Assembly: GCA_964568875.1 (NCBI GenBank)
Contig: CAZMSH010000002.1
Coordinates: forward strand, 96,991 to 160,990
Source: an uncultured Rikenellaceae bacterium
Lineage (GTDB): Bacteria; Bacteroidota; Bacteroidia; Bacteroidales; VadinHA17
DNA length: 64,000 bases
Direction of reading: 5' to 3'
A model generated the notes under the pieces. The model saw only the letters and a program-made list of their open reading frames with translations, ran no database searches and had not been told where the DNA came from. Every line of letters starts with the position of its first letter. The first letter of the stretch is position 1. The translations under genes were made by a program, and so were the position numbers. Shown piece by piece: positions 46,544 through 56,766 of the stretch.

Positions 46544-47425
46544 ATGAAGAAGACGGAACTGATTCTGAACAATGACGGAAGCATTTTTCACCTGCACCTT
46601 CTCCCTGACGAGATTGCTAATGATATAATCATTGTCGGAGATCAGGACAGGGTTGAGATGTTTGGTTCCCTCCTCGATACGATCAGGGTCAGAAAGAGTA
46701 ACAGGGAATTCAACACAATTACAGGAAGCTACAAAGGAAATGAGGTAACAATCATCTCTTCAGGCATAGGCACGGATAATATAGATATCGTGGTGAATGA
46801 GCTCGATGCCATTGTGAACATCGACCTGTCAACATCGGAGCCGAGACCTGAGCCCGAATCACTGAATATTGTCAGAATCGGAACATCAGGATCATTGCAG
46901 TCGGATATACCTGCAGGTTCAGTTGTACTTACCGAAACAGCAGTAGGGTTTGACGGATTGCTTCATTTCTATTCTGAGTACGATCACCTTCTTGATACGG
47001 CGCTAAGTGATGCCATTGTATATTACACTGAATGGCCCGACAACCTGTGTTATCCCTACGCAATCAGGGCAGATCAGTCACTGCTTGAACTATTTGATAC
47101 AGGGGAGTTCACAAAAGGAATAACCATTTCGGCTCCGGGATTCTATGCACCACAAGGCCGTACCCTGAGACTACATCCTTTCGACGCCGAAGTAAACCAA
47201 AAGCTGGCTGAAATTGATTACAGGGGAAGACGAATTGCAAATTATGAAATGGAAAGTTCTGCCATTTATGGCCTTGGAAGGCTTCTGGGTCATCGTACAC
47301 TTACCCTTTGTGTAATCATAGGCAACAGAGCTACAGGCGATTTTATAAGCGATTATAAGCCACTTCTGATGGACCTTGCAGTGAGAGTAATGGACAAACT
47401 TCCATTTTCAGGTGCAACATTGTAA
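46544..47425 (+). CDS. Nucleoside phosphorylase (PNP/UDP family 1, uridine-phosphorylase-like)
   Basis: 293 aa. Contains IIVGDQDRV, SSGIGTDNIDIVVNEL, RIGTSGSL and YEMESSAIYGL. Confidence 0.75.
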   Translation: MKKTELILNNDGSIFHLHLLPDEIANDIIIVGDQDRVEMFGSLLDTIRVRKSNREFNTITGSYKGNEVTIISSGIGTDNIDIVVNELDAIVNIDLSTSEPRPEPESLNIVRIGTSGSLQSDIPAGSVVLTETAVGFDGLLHFYSEYDHLLDTALSDAIVYYTEWPDNLCYPYAIRADQSLLELFDTGEFTKGITISAPGFYAPQGRTLRLHPFDAEVNQKLAEIDYRGRRIANYEMESSAIYGLGRLLGHRTLTLCVIIGNRATGDFISDYKPLLMDLAVRVMDKLPFSGATL

Positions 47426-47467
47426 GATTTTTATATTTTTGAAAAGTAACCCACAAAAACCAACCTA

Positions 47468-48454
47468 ATGTCTGACAACGACAAAAACAGTATTAACAAG
47501 AGTGATGAAATTGATCTTTTGGATCTTTTCGCCAGAATGGGAAGAACCATTGCCCGCGGTTTCAGAGCTATCGGCAGGGCATTACTATTCATAATTTTTT
47601 TCATGCTTAGAAAATGGATATGGCTTTTTCTGAGTGTGGTCGTGGGAATCGGAATCTCCTATGCTATCAAATTCAGCACCGAGAGGCAGTACTCATCTGA
47701 CATAACCTTCAGGAGCAATGCTGTGCAGAATGCCGATATGATTGCCTACATCAACAAACTCCACACCTTCTGCAAAGAGAGAAACCTTGCAGAACTTGCC
47801 TCAGCTCTTGATGTTGACAGTAGTAAAGTAAAATATATCATTGATATTCAGGCTTTTTGGGTAATAGACCTGGGTAATGATGAGATACCTGATTATATTG
47901 ATTTCAAGAACCGTCATAATGTACAGGACACGGCAAATGTAAGGATGCAGGACCGTTTTGTAATAAGAGTAAAGACATCGGTCCCTCAGGAGTTGACCTC
48001 GATCAGGGATGGAATTATCTCTTTCGTTGGCAAAAACGATTTTTTCAGGCAGGAAAATGAGATAAGGCTTGCCCAGAGTGAAATTATCAGGGCAAGGCTC
48101 GATTATGAAATAGACCAGCTCGACAGTCTGCAGAAGGTTAAGTATTTTGAAGAGGCGCGACGGCTAATGCCCAAAGAGGGAGGCCAGATGATCTTCCTGC
48201 AGGAACAGAGGACCCAACTATTTCATGATGATATAATTGACCTTTTTAGCCGCAGGCAGTATATTGAACGTCAACTGACACTGTTTGCAAATCCTATTAC
48301 ACTGCTCAGTGACTACACACCTCCATCAAGGCCTGATAATGGAGCATTATATTACGGAAAATGGCTGATTCCCATTATCTTCATTCTAACTGTTATATTA
48401 TTGTTACTGATAGACAACCGCGCCAGGTTGATTGCAACATACAAGAAATACTAA
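47468..48454 (+). CDS. Possible polysaccharide co-polymerase (Wzz-like chain-length determinant)
   Basis: 328 aa. An N-terminal TM pair region and a C-terminal TM (WLIPIIFILTVILLLLI) flank a ~230-aa coiled-coil-containing domain, which is PCP-like topology. It sits at the edge of the glycan locus. No diagnostic motif was recognised. Confidence 0.4.
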   Translation: MSDNDKNSINKSDEIDLLDLFARMGRTIARGFRAIGRALLFIIFFMLRKWIWLFLSVVVGIGISYAIKFSTERQYSSDITFRSNAVQNADMIAYINKLHTFCKERNLAELASALDVDSSKVKYIIDIQAFWVIDLGNDEIPDYIDFKNRHNVQDTANVRMQDRFVIRVKTSVPQELTSIRDGIISFVGKNDFFRQENEIRLAQSEIIRARLDYEIDQLDSLQKVKYFEEARRLMPKEGGQMIFLQEQRTQLFHDDIIDLFSRRQYIERQLTLFANPITLLSDYTPPSRPDNGALYYGKWLIPIIFILTVILLLLIDNRARLIATYKKY

Positions 48455-48487
48455 AAGAAAAGGGGAGCCATTATAAGCATGCTCCCC
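48453..48487 (-). terminator. Putative terminator at the distal end of the minus-strand glycan operon
   Basis: 7-bp stem GGGGAGC (48462-48468) / GCTCCCC (48481-48487) with a 12-nt loop. On the minus strand it is followed by TTTTCTTTT. It lies between the convergent Wzz-like and WecA-like genes. Confidence 0.55.
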
Positions 48488-48517
48488 AATCACTATTTAA
48501 ACTATAATAACTTAAGA

Positions 48518-49612
48518 CTATTCCAAATGCTTCCTGGTTTTTAGTCCCAGAACAATTGAGAATATCACCCCCAGGGATAAAAGAATTGTGATAAGCATAA
48601 TATTCCCAATATATTGAAAACGAAAAGTTATAATAATCAATACAATATTAAAAGCAATTATCAGAGATGTAACTCTGATATGAGAGCCTGAAAGCTTTAA
48701 CATTTTATGATGTATGTGGTTATTATCTGCTTTAAATACTGACTTTCCATCCCTTATCCTTATATAAAGTATTCTCAGAGTATCGAATACAGGGACAAAT
48801 ACCAACGCCAGTACCATTGAAGGAGCTGAGTCCATTATAATAAAGGAGGGAGTATTGATTATTTTGTTAACGTCGAGGAAGCGCATAACGAAAACGGATA
48901 ATAGAAATCCTATAATCATGGAACCGGTATCTCCGAGGAATATCTTATATCTTTTGCTAAACAGATTATAATATACAAAAGCAATCAGCGATCCGGCAAG
49001 AGAGAAACACATTACAGAGTAAGAAGTCTGGCCGGCTGCCAGAAACCAGCCTCCGAGGAAGGTCGATGATATTATCCCTACACCTGAGGCCAGTCCATCT
49101 ATTCCATCGATGAAATTGATACTGTTTATAAGTGCCATAATTACAAATATCGTAACGAGCACGCTTATCAGGTATGGAATACCTTCGGGTAGTTGCGTTC
49201 CATAACAGCACTCTATTTTGAAATCACCCGCGAGAACAATCAGTGAAGCTGCAAGTAATTGTCCTATTGCTTTCTTAACAGGTATTAGTGAAACAAGATC
49301 GTCCTTTACACCGATAAAGAAGAGAATCAGCATACCAGCTATAATATATTTCAGCTCATAGGCATTTGACAAACTTGTAAACAATACCGAAGAGAGAATT
49401 ACACCGGCAAATATCATTGTTCCTCCAAGTCTTGGTGTCGGTTTTTCATGTGAAGACCTCAAACCTGGAACATCAAACAATCCTCTAATCCTGGCAACTT
49501 TAATAACTGAAGGAATACCAATGAAAGTTATGACAAAAGATGTCAAAAGCCCTGAGACGATTATTAACCATGGAGGCAGATAAACAGATAGAATTTCAGA
49601 GTTAATGAACAT
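48518..49612 (-). CDS. Polyprenyl-phosphate N-acetylhexosamine-1-phosphate transferase (WecA/MraY family initiating transferase)
   Basis: 364 aa, ~10 TM. Motifs GVKDDLVSL, NSINFIDGIDGLASG and FLGDTGSM. Confidence 0.85.
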   Translation of the reverse strand: MFINSEILSVYLPPWLIIVSGLLTSFVITFIGIPSVIKVARIRGLFDVPGLRSSHEKPTPRLGGTMIFAGVILSSVLFTSLSNAYELKYIIAGMLILFFIGVKDDLVSLIPVKKAIGQLLAASLIVLAGDFKIECCYGTQLPEGIPYLISVLVTIFVIMALINSINFIDGIDGLASGVGIISSTFLGGWFLAAGQTSYSVMCFSLAGSLIAFVYYNLFSKRYKIFLGDTGSMIIGFLLSVFVMRFLDVNKIINTPSFIIMDSAPSMVLALVFVPVFDTLRILYIRIRDGKSVFKADNNHIHHKMLKLSGSHIRVTSLIIAFNIVLIIITFRFQYIGNIMLITILLSLGVIFSIVLGLKTRKHLE

Positions 49613-49767
49613 TGAACAGGTGCTATTATGTTTGCTTCAGTAGATTTATAAAAAAGTAAATATATCTTCTATTCACTCAATATTACAAAAAACCATCAAT
49701 ATTACTTAATATTGGAGTAATAGCCTATCTGGTTGCTTTTTAAATTACCGACCAGCTCAATACAAGC

Positions 49768-50934
49768 CTAATTGATCTTATAGAGTTGCACAAATTTATT
49801 ATATATTATCTCATTCTTATACATTGCTTCAACTCTGTTGCGGCCTAACGAACCCATAGTAGTAGCGATTTCTTTATTGTTGAGGAGGTAAAGTATAGCA
49901 TTAATCAGTGAGTCTGTATTCCTTGGCTCAGTTAACAAACCATTATCTCCGTGTGTAACTGCGTCAGATGCACCTGGTACATTCGATGTAATTACCGGTA
50001 ATGACATAGACATTGCTTCCAGTACTGATCTTGGAAATCCCTCTCTGTATGTAGGAAGTACAAAAATATCTGAAAGATACAGCAATTCTGTAATCTCATG
50101 AATCATCCCCAGATAAACGATGTTCTTGTTTATTAGATACTCCTCTAATTCTGTCTGTGAAATGCATGAAGGGTTGTTTTTATCTAACCATCCCGCAATA
50201 ACAAATTTCACAGATAACCCGCTATCTGAAATCCGTCTAGCGGCTTCAAGGAACTCAAGTATCCCTTTCTCACGGAGGAGCCTTCCTGTAAAGGTCACGA
50301 CTTTTTGACCATCAGCGTGTTCAATTCTCCTCTTCAGGCTTTTGACGAAATGTGGTTCTGCATTCTTCCTGCTGAATTTTATGCAATCAATACCACTACT
50401 TTCAATTAGTCTAAGCCTAGGTCTTATAAAAAGCAGTCGGGAAAGCAGCTTGAAATCAGAACTGTTCTGAACCACTATCTTATGTGCAAACAATAGTGAA
50501 ATCTGGTATAGGAAAAGAATAGCTACCCTATAAAACAGCGATTTGATTGACCGTGAACTGAAAGCATATCCAAGTCCTGTTATATGGGCGACAACCTGAG
50601 TCTTTGACGAAAATGCAAACGCAAGGCATGCTGCAATATTGGGTTGCAGCCTGAATGCATGAACCATATTTATACTAAAGCTCTTCCTCATTCTTTTAAA
50701 TTGCCTTACGCATATGAACAAACTTATTGGATCAAGGCTGTTCTTCTTTAGTTTATAAGTCTGAACATGGAGCCCACTTTCCCTAACTCTTTCAACAAAT
50801 GAATCTTCGGGGAGAATCGCCATTACCTCATACCCTAAAGATTTAAGATAATAAGCATACGGTAATCTGAAGTTTAAAAAATCAAGTCCAAAATTCTCGA
50901 CCAGGCCTATCATCTCTTTACTTATATCTGCCAA
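49768..50934 (-). CDS. Glycosyltransferase family 4 (GT-B, group 1)
   Basis: 388 aa. The C-terminal domain has FVLPTYREGFPRSVLEAMSMSLPVITSNVPG (EX7E motif). Confidence 0.85.
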   Translation of the reverse strand: MADISKEMIGLVENFGLDFLNFRLPYAYYLKSLGYEVMAILPEDSFVERVRESGLHVQTYKLKKNSLDPISLFICVRQFKRMRKSFSINMVHAFRLQPNIAACLAFAFSSKTQVVAHITGLGYAFSSRSIKSLFYRVAILFLYQISLLFAHKIVVQNSSDFKLLSRLLFIRPRLRLIESSGIDCIKFSRKNAEPHFVKSLKRRIEHADGQKVVTFTGRLLREKGILEFLEAARRISDSGLSVKFVIAGWLDKNNPSCISQTELEEYLINKNIVYLGMIHEITELLYLSDIFVLPTYREGFPRSVLEAMSMSLPVITSNVPGASDAVTHGDNGLLTEPRNTDSLINAILYLLNNKEIATTMGSLGRNRVEAMYKNEIIYNKFVQLYKIN

Positions 50935-50953
50935 TCTATGATTCGATTTAATT

Positions 50954-53900
50954 TCAATGGGTAACTATAACCCTACATGAATAGCGATCTACTTTCATTC
51001 CGGAATCAAACGTTACCTCAAGAATGTAGATAGCTGGTAAAAGATCGTCAAATCGAAAATCGATTCTATGCGTTCCTGCACTTGCAATTGACACTCTGGC
51101 ACTCCGTACAACAACGCCGCTTAATGATAATAGGTTAAATTGAGCTTCACATTTTGAGGAGCACCTTAGGATAATCCGTGATAACTCCGAAACCGGATTT
51201 GGGGATATGTAAACTGGTGGTTCGAACTCCTTAAAAACATGTATTGCCAGCCTACTGGTTTCAGATTCACCATATAAATCAGTAGCTCTGATAGTTATAT
51301 AATTTACTCCAATGTATCTTTGTTCCGGAGAACCTGAGAGGTACAGTATGTTATCCTTCTGGTCAAATGAAATCCATTCCGGACTTTCTAATATCTCGTA
51401 GACTATTCTGTCTCCGAATTGGGCATCCCCGTCATTTGTAGCTACATAACTCGTATAAAATGAGTTTACTGAACAATTTTCATTGTCAAGGTAAATACTG
51501 GGTTTCCTGTTTGCAAGAGACGATAAGAGGGACAGATAATACTCATGATCAACTCCCAGGTTGTCTTTTACCTTCAGATAAATTCTATTGTATAAGGAAT
51601 CAAACAGTACCCGTCTGCTTATCTCCTCATCAGGGTAACCTAAGATGCTCAAATCTGCAACATGGTTCAACCATTTAGGCAACTCTTTAATCTCTATCTG
51701 CGGGATAAAGAATGATGTATCCTCTTTGAAGTAATATATTGTCGTGTAGAAGTTCATTGGGAGAAGGTTAAGCATGAAAGCGCTGTCTGGTAATACTAAC
51801 CTGGAACTGGTGAATATATTATGAGCTTCAATCGCTATATATCTTGATGGAAGACTTTCCTGTCCATCAATTGTGCACGCGCTAACCCTGTAAAATGCGA
51901 GTGGTTTCTGAGTATCTGAGATTGTCAGATTGAATGCAGCATCACTGCTTGTGCCTATCAGATTTTTTAATGATGGAGAGAATCCACCCGACTCATTAGA
52001 ACCATATATTTTGAAGAAATCTGGCTTAACACCTTTAGCATTATTATCCCATCTTAGAAAGACTGTATCTCCATCTATTTCATAATATAGTTTTTCAGGC
52101 TGCATCACTCCCCTGGGAATAAATGACCATGTTTCGCTCCATTTGCTCCAGGCTCCCCTAGAGTCTTTGGCACGCACTCTCCAGTAATATTCCTCATCTG
52201 AGTTTAACCAGCCGACCTCACTAACTTTAAAAGTGTTCAGGTAATCTGGCCTCATCGATGAGGTATAAACATGGAAATTAGGGGACAAAGGAAACTCGAT
52301 CTCCGGCTGATCAGAAAGGATAAACTCATACTCAGTTATCTGGTCTCCATCCGAATCATAAGATGGCTCCCACGAGAATTTAAAATTGAGACTATCGACT
52401 ATCTGGCCATTTTTAGGAAATATTGGGGCCATAGAGGAGACAGGGGGTGTATTCTCAAATGATTCCTGCCATTCTAAATGTATCTCTGCCAATGTTTCAC
52501 CTTCAACATTCTGGTTAGTATAATTCAGAATATTATTCCCCAATCGGAGAGCTGGCAGAAATGCCCTGCTGATCTGGAATGTGTTAGACAAGATCAAAGA
52601 ATCAATCCCAAGAAAGGAAGAGATATCTGATTTATGTAATGAAAGTCGTAAATAAAAATTGTATGCCATCGGAAGGCTGGTACCATACACTTTATAGTTT
52701 AATGCAGATGATATCTCTACCTTACTTTCCTCTCCGTTGCTAATATAATTCGCCACGCCTACTCTGGTCCAGTTCCAGTAGTCATCTGATAAATATATTG
52801 TTATTGAATCATTCTCTCCGGAAGAATTCATCCAGAACCTGATTTCCGACTCCAGAACAGGGAAAGGAGATTTTATCGGGATATCAATATAGGCAGAATC
52901 CAGGTCAGTATAGATTTTAGCCGTTCCAAGTTCCTTGGAGCCAGCTTTTACGCCTATCAAAAGAACTCCCAATTCTTGAAGAATACTCTCTTCAAAAGAA
53001 GTTTCCAGCACAATTTGTCCATTTGCTATAACATCTGTAGTATAAAGATCAGGCACTGTGTAAAATCCATCCCATTGCTGAATATAACTCTCCGACCTAT
53101 TCCATGAAAATGATATCCACTCTCCTGGTCTCAGATCAAATCTATAATCCGGGATTCTTCCCTCAGTAAAGAGTTTTGGACCGGAAAGCAAATAATACTT
53201 TCTGGAAACAAGGCTATTCTTAACCGGATCATATGGCATTATCCTTCCATAGTGTCTGGTTCTGGATATCAGGTATTTATCTTTGACCAGTGTATTAAAA
53301 CCAACAAGAGTCTTATTATCATAATCAAGGTAGAAGGTTTCCATATCTGCATCAATTACTACTTCCCCATCATTAAGCGACAGGTTTGCAATTGTATGGT
53401 GGGGCATAAAAATGCTTTCAGCATGGTAACCTGCATACTTAAGTGCTCTGACTGCATTTCTTGCTACTACGTCACAAGTTCCGTAACCATAGATTACCTG
53501 CATATTTATCATATTATATGCATCATAGTTAGGCGGGGCATAATGAATGCGCGAATTCACCAAGGTATTCCAAAGAGTCAGAAGACTATCTTTCAAGGAA
53601 TTTCTATTTCGGAATATCTCCTGTCCCCAACTGTCAAGACTGTACCAGTTTTTCTTCTCGTTTATAGTAATAATAGGTGAAAGTATAGTTTTTTCCCCAA
53701 TGTTCTTTAATACCATTCTTCTCATTGGCTCAAAAGCTTTTTTGAACCCCGGATAATCTGGATCACAACCGCCGGGATAGATTAATGAGTGGAGAGTATT
53801 TTCTCCATCAAGAAATCCCCCCATGCTGATTGTGTCTGAGTAGTTTGAACTTGCAACAATGAAGTGCTTTTCATGTGTGGTCACAACTTGACCTACTACT

Positions 53901-53983
53901 GCTGTATGAAAAAAGAGCAAACAGAGGAAAACACAGAGCCAGAAAGGAATGAGCTTTTGCATTATATGCAAACTGAGTTGCAC
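50954..53983 (-). CDS. Large secreted multidomain protein: transglutaminase-like Cys-protease core, Fn3-like and Ig-like domains, T9SS C-terminal sorting domain
   Basis: 1009 aa with a signal peptide. GYGTCDVVARNAVRALKYAGYHAESIFMPHHTIANLSLNDGEVVIDAD fits the transglutaminase-core Cys...His...Asp pattern. There are Fn3-like segments (YYWRVRAKDSRGAWSKWS; VFLRWDNN...FYRVSA). The last ~80 aa (SPNPVSELSRIIL...IYILEVTFDSGMKVDRYSCRVIVTH) resemble a type-A T9SS CTD. Confidence 0.6.
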   Translation of the reverse strand: MQLSLHIMQKLIPFWLCVFLCLLFFHTAVVGQVVTTHEKHFIVASSNYSDTISMGGFLDGENTLHSLIYPGGCDPDYPGFKKAFEPMRRMVLKNIGEKTILSPIITINEKKNWYSLDSWGQEIFRNRNSLKDSLLTLWNTLVNSRIHYAPPNYDAYNMINMQVIYGYGTCDVVARNAVRALKYAGYHAESIFMPHHTIANLSLNDGEVVIDADMETFYLDYDNKTLVGFNTLVKDKYLISRTRHYGRIMPYDPVKNSLVSRKYYLLSGPKLFTEGRIPDYRFDLRPGEWISFSWNRSESYIQQWDGFYTVPDLYTTDVIANGQIVLETSFEESILQELGVLLIGVKAGSKELGTAKIYTDLDSAYIDIPIKSPFPVLESEIRFWMNSSGENDSITIYLSDDYWNWTRVGVANYISNGEESKVEISSALNYKVYGTSLPMAYNFYLRLSLHKSDISSFLGIDSLILSNTFQISRAFLPALRLGNNILNYTNQNVEGETLAEIHLEWQESFENTPPVSSMAPIFPKNGQIVDSLNFKFSWEPSYDSDGDQITEYEFILSDQPEIEFPLSPNFHVYTSSMRPDYLNTFKVSEVGWLNSDEEYYWRVRAKDSRGAWSKWSETWSFIPRGVMQPEKLYYEIDGDTVFLRWDNNAKGVKPDFFKIYGSNESGGFSPSLKNLIGTSSDAAFNLTISDTQKPLAFYRVSACTIDGQESLPSRYIAIEAHNIFTSSRLVLPDSAFMLNLLPMNFYTTIYYFKEDTSFFIPQIEIKELPKWLNHVADLSILGYPDEEISRRVLFDSLYNRIYLKVKDNLGVDHEYYLSLLSSLANRKPSIYLDNENCSVNSFYTSYVATNDGDAQFGDRIVYEILESPEWISFDQKDNILYLSGSPEQRYIGVNYITIRATDLYGESETSRLAIHVFKEFEPPVYISPNPVSELSRIILRCSSKCEAQFNLLSLSGVVVRSARVSIASAGTHRIDFRFDDLLPAIYILEVTFDSGMKVDRYSCRVIVTH

Positions 53984-54022
53984 CTATGGATTCTGATTAG
54001 TTAACACAACTAATAATTTGGC

Positions 54023-55858
54023 TTAAACTCTGCATTTTCTGTTCCATATTTCAAGGCATAGTAAGAGCCATATTAGCTTAGCCCTCTTCTCAGGATATAT
54101 CTTCACTTTATTACTGATCAAATCATTTAGGAACCCCTTTTGAACAAAATTGGCAGAGAAGGTGGCTGCAGCTGGATTAAGATAATCCATCCATAATTCT
54201 TTGAGTTCATATTCTATCCATCTTCTCAGGGGCACTTCGAATCCCCTTTTTGGTAACCAGGCATTCTTCCCGGGCAGGTATTTTTCTGCAAGTACCCTAA
54301 GAAGATACTTTGTAGTAGTATTCCTGATTTTAAGATTATCACTTAAAGATGGGGCAAACTGCAGAATTTCCCTGCTTAGAAAAGGGGCCCTTGTTTCGAG
54401 TGAATTAGCCATTGCTGCAATGTCCATCTTAGTAGTAAGGTGTGTTGAAAACTGATAAACGAAGTCGAGTAACATAATCTTCCTCAAGCCTGACCAATTT
54501 GTGGAATTGAGATCTTTCAACTCTGACTCCATTGAGTCAAGTTTGATATCACTTAGGATAAGTGCATTTTCAATTCCATCGAAGTAATCGTAGGTTGAGG
54601 CCAAATATGTTGAAAGTGGCTGGCTACCTGAAAGTGAAATAAGACGATACGCAAACTCATACAAGTTTCTTCTGCTTTCCGGCAATGGTAAGAGTCTGCT
54701 AATAAATGATGCAAAAGTTTTAAAGACTGAAGAAGTCTTGAAGAGATCAATTTTACTGAAGGGAACATACCTCCTATATCCTCCAAACAGCTCATCGGCA
54801 CCATCACCATTCAGAATTACCGTCAGATGTTTCTTGGCCTCCCTGCTAACATAAAAAGATGGAATTGCAGAACTGTCAGAGAAAGGTTCACCATAGTTAG
54901 ACACAATCTTTTCTACATTAGATTTAAGATCGTCGAATGCAATATTTATACTTGTATGCGTTGTACCATATCTTTTTGCTACCATCTCAGCATAAGGAGT
55001 CTCATCTACCTGACCGTCGAAAGAAACTGTGAAGGTTTTTATCCCTGGCTTTAACTCAGATGCAATTGCTGTTACAATGCCACTATCAACTCCCCCGCTT
55101 AAGAATGTACCCACTTCAAGATCAGAGTTATTAAGTCTCGATTTGACACTTTCTCTCAATAGCATATCTGTTTTATTGACCGCATCTGGCAGTGAAAACA
55201 ATTCGTTATTTGAATAATAGTCCTTAATGTTCCACCAGCGATTTTGCCTGATGTTATTATCATAAATACAGTATTCTATCCACATGCCTGCTCCCAACTC
55301 CCGGAGGTTTTTGTAAGGTGTGGTATTTCCAATGAAACCAAATAGCAAGTATTGATTGAACACGGAATAGTCAGTTTCTGGAGAGACTAAAGCTGCCAAG
55401 GAATTTAATTCACTTGAGAAAGCAAATGAGTTTCTATCATGATAATAATATAGCGGCTTTTCCCCTGCTCTGTCTCGTGAAATAAAGATAGTCCCTGTTT
55501 GTGAATCGTGTAGTGCAAACGCAAACATCCCATCCAATTCGACTAGCATTTCCCGCCCCAGTTTTTCGTAAAGACAAATCAGAGTTTCAGTATCTGACGC
55601 TGTCAGGCAAGTCAATTTATGCTTTCTTCTAAGCTCTAAATGATTATATATCTGACCATTAAACACTAGTGTATACCTGCCGGAGCTCATTGGCTGCTTA
55701 CCATGGGCACGGTCAAGCACACATAGTCTGCTATGAAACAGATACAGTTCTTCAACGTAATAGCCATTAGACTCATCAGGTCCCCTGTGGATCAATGCTC
55801 CTTTTGCAATACCAACTCTGCTGGCATCAATATTCACTCCACCAAGAAATCCACACAT
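54023..55858 (-). CDS. Asparagine synthase (glutamine-hydrolysing) family amidotransferase
   Basis: 611 aa. It has the N-terminal nucleophile MCGF, the Ntn-glutaminase domain and the PP-loop SGGVDSG. Confidence 0.9.
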   Translation of the reverse strand: MCGFLGGVNIDASRVGIAKGALIHRGPDESNGYYVEELYLFHSRLCVLDRAHGKQPMSSGRYTLVFNGQIYNHLELRRKHKLTCLTASDTETLICLYEKLGREMLVELDGMFAFALHDSQTGTIFISRDRAGEKPLYYYHDRNSFAFSSELNSLAALVSPETDYSVFNQYLLFGFIGNTTPYKNLRELGAGMWIEYCIYDNNIRQNRWWNIKDYYSNNELFSLPDAVNKTDMLLRESVKSRLNNSDLEVGTFLSGGVDSGIVTAIASELKPGIKTFTVSFDGQVDETPYAEMVAKRYGTTHTSINIAFDDLKSNVEKIVSNYGEPFSDSSAIPSFYVSREAKKHLTVILNGDGADELFGGYRRYVPFSKIDLFKTSSVFKTFASFISRLLPLPESRRNLYEFAYRLISLSGSQPLSTYLASTYDYFDGIENALILSDIKLDSMESELKDLNSTNWSGLRKIMLLDFVYQFSTHLTTKMDIAAMANSLETRAPFLSREILQFAPSLSDNLKIRNTTTKYLLRVLAEKYLPGKNAWLPKRGFEVPLRRWIEYELKELWMDYLNPAAATFSANFVQKGFLNDLISNKVKIYPEKRAKLIWLLLCLEIWNRKCRV

Positions 55859-55902
55859 AAACTAATATCAGCTTTTAAACAAGTTTTATACAGAATAGAA
55901 TT

Positions 55903-56766
55903 TCAGGCGATTGCATCCCGAAGGCGGTGATTATAGTGATCCCTTTCCAAAGAACTGATTCTTCTGTTCCGTCTTGCAATCAAGAAGCGTGAAATGCCTG
56001 AAATATAAAATAAAACATTGATAATTAATTTTATATGATTGATTGATTTTAGCTGCAACCATTTTAAAGATCCAATGATCTTTTGCTTTCTGAAATCTGA
56101 AACAGCATTACTCGATTTATTAAGTCTGGAGATATAGGTCCAAATCTTGAAAACAGATAATTCCCTATAGAACATAACAGGCTCCGAAATCACCTCAAAT
56201 CTTGATAGTTCAAAGGAAGACACCCATAAGTGATAATCTTCCGCTCCATCGAATTTACTATTGTAGTGATTACTTCTGAACCAATCAATCTTTCCAGCTA
56301 CAGTAGGATGAATGAATAGGTTTTTTCTCAGGATAGATTTACCAGTGAAGACTGCGGGCCAGTTCCTGTAGCCGACAACCTGATTTACTTCATTTATCAC
56401 AACGACGTGAGCACCAATAACGTCAGTCTCAGGATTATCAATAAGATATTGTGTTTGTTTCTCAATACGATTAGTAAACATTATATCATCTGCATCCATC
56501 CTGACAAAATATCTTCCTCTAGCCAGCATTATCTGCTGATTTAACCTGTAGGAAATTCCTTTGTTCATTTGATCGGTCACAAGTCTTATTCTTGGATCAA
56601 TAAAACTCATTATTATACTCACAGAATTGTCTGTTGATCCATCGTCAGTTATTATCAACTCGAAATCTGTAAAAGTCTGGTTAAGTACTGATTGTATACT
56701 GAAGCCAATGTATTTCTCAGCATTAAATACTGGTATACCGATTGTTACCAACGGACTTTTATCCAT
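55903..56766 (-). CDS. Glycosyltransferase family 2
   Basis: 287 aa. Contains TIGIPVFNAEKYIGFSIQSVLNQTFTDFELIITDDGSTDNS and a DAD (DxD) motif. Its start overlaps the GT11 stop by 22 nt. Confidence 0.88.
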   Translation of the reverse strand: MDKSPLVTIGIPVFNAEKYIGFSIQSVLNQTFTDFELIITDDGSTDNSVSIIMSFIDPRIRLVTDQMNKGISYRLNQQIMLARGRYFVRMDADDIMFTNRIEKQTQYLIDNPETDVIGAHVVVINEVNQVVGYRNWPAVFTGKSILRKNLFIHPTVAGKIDWFRSNHYNSKFDGAEDYHLWVSSFELSRFEVISEPVMFYRELSVFKIWTYISRLNKSSNAVSDFRKQKIIGSLKWLQLKSINHIKLIINVLFYISGISRFLIARRNRRISSLERDHYNHRLRDAIA

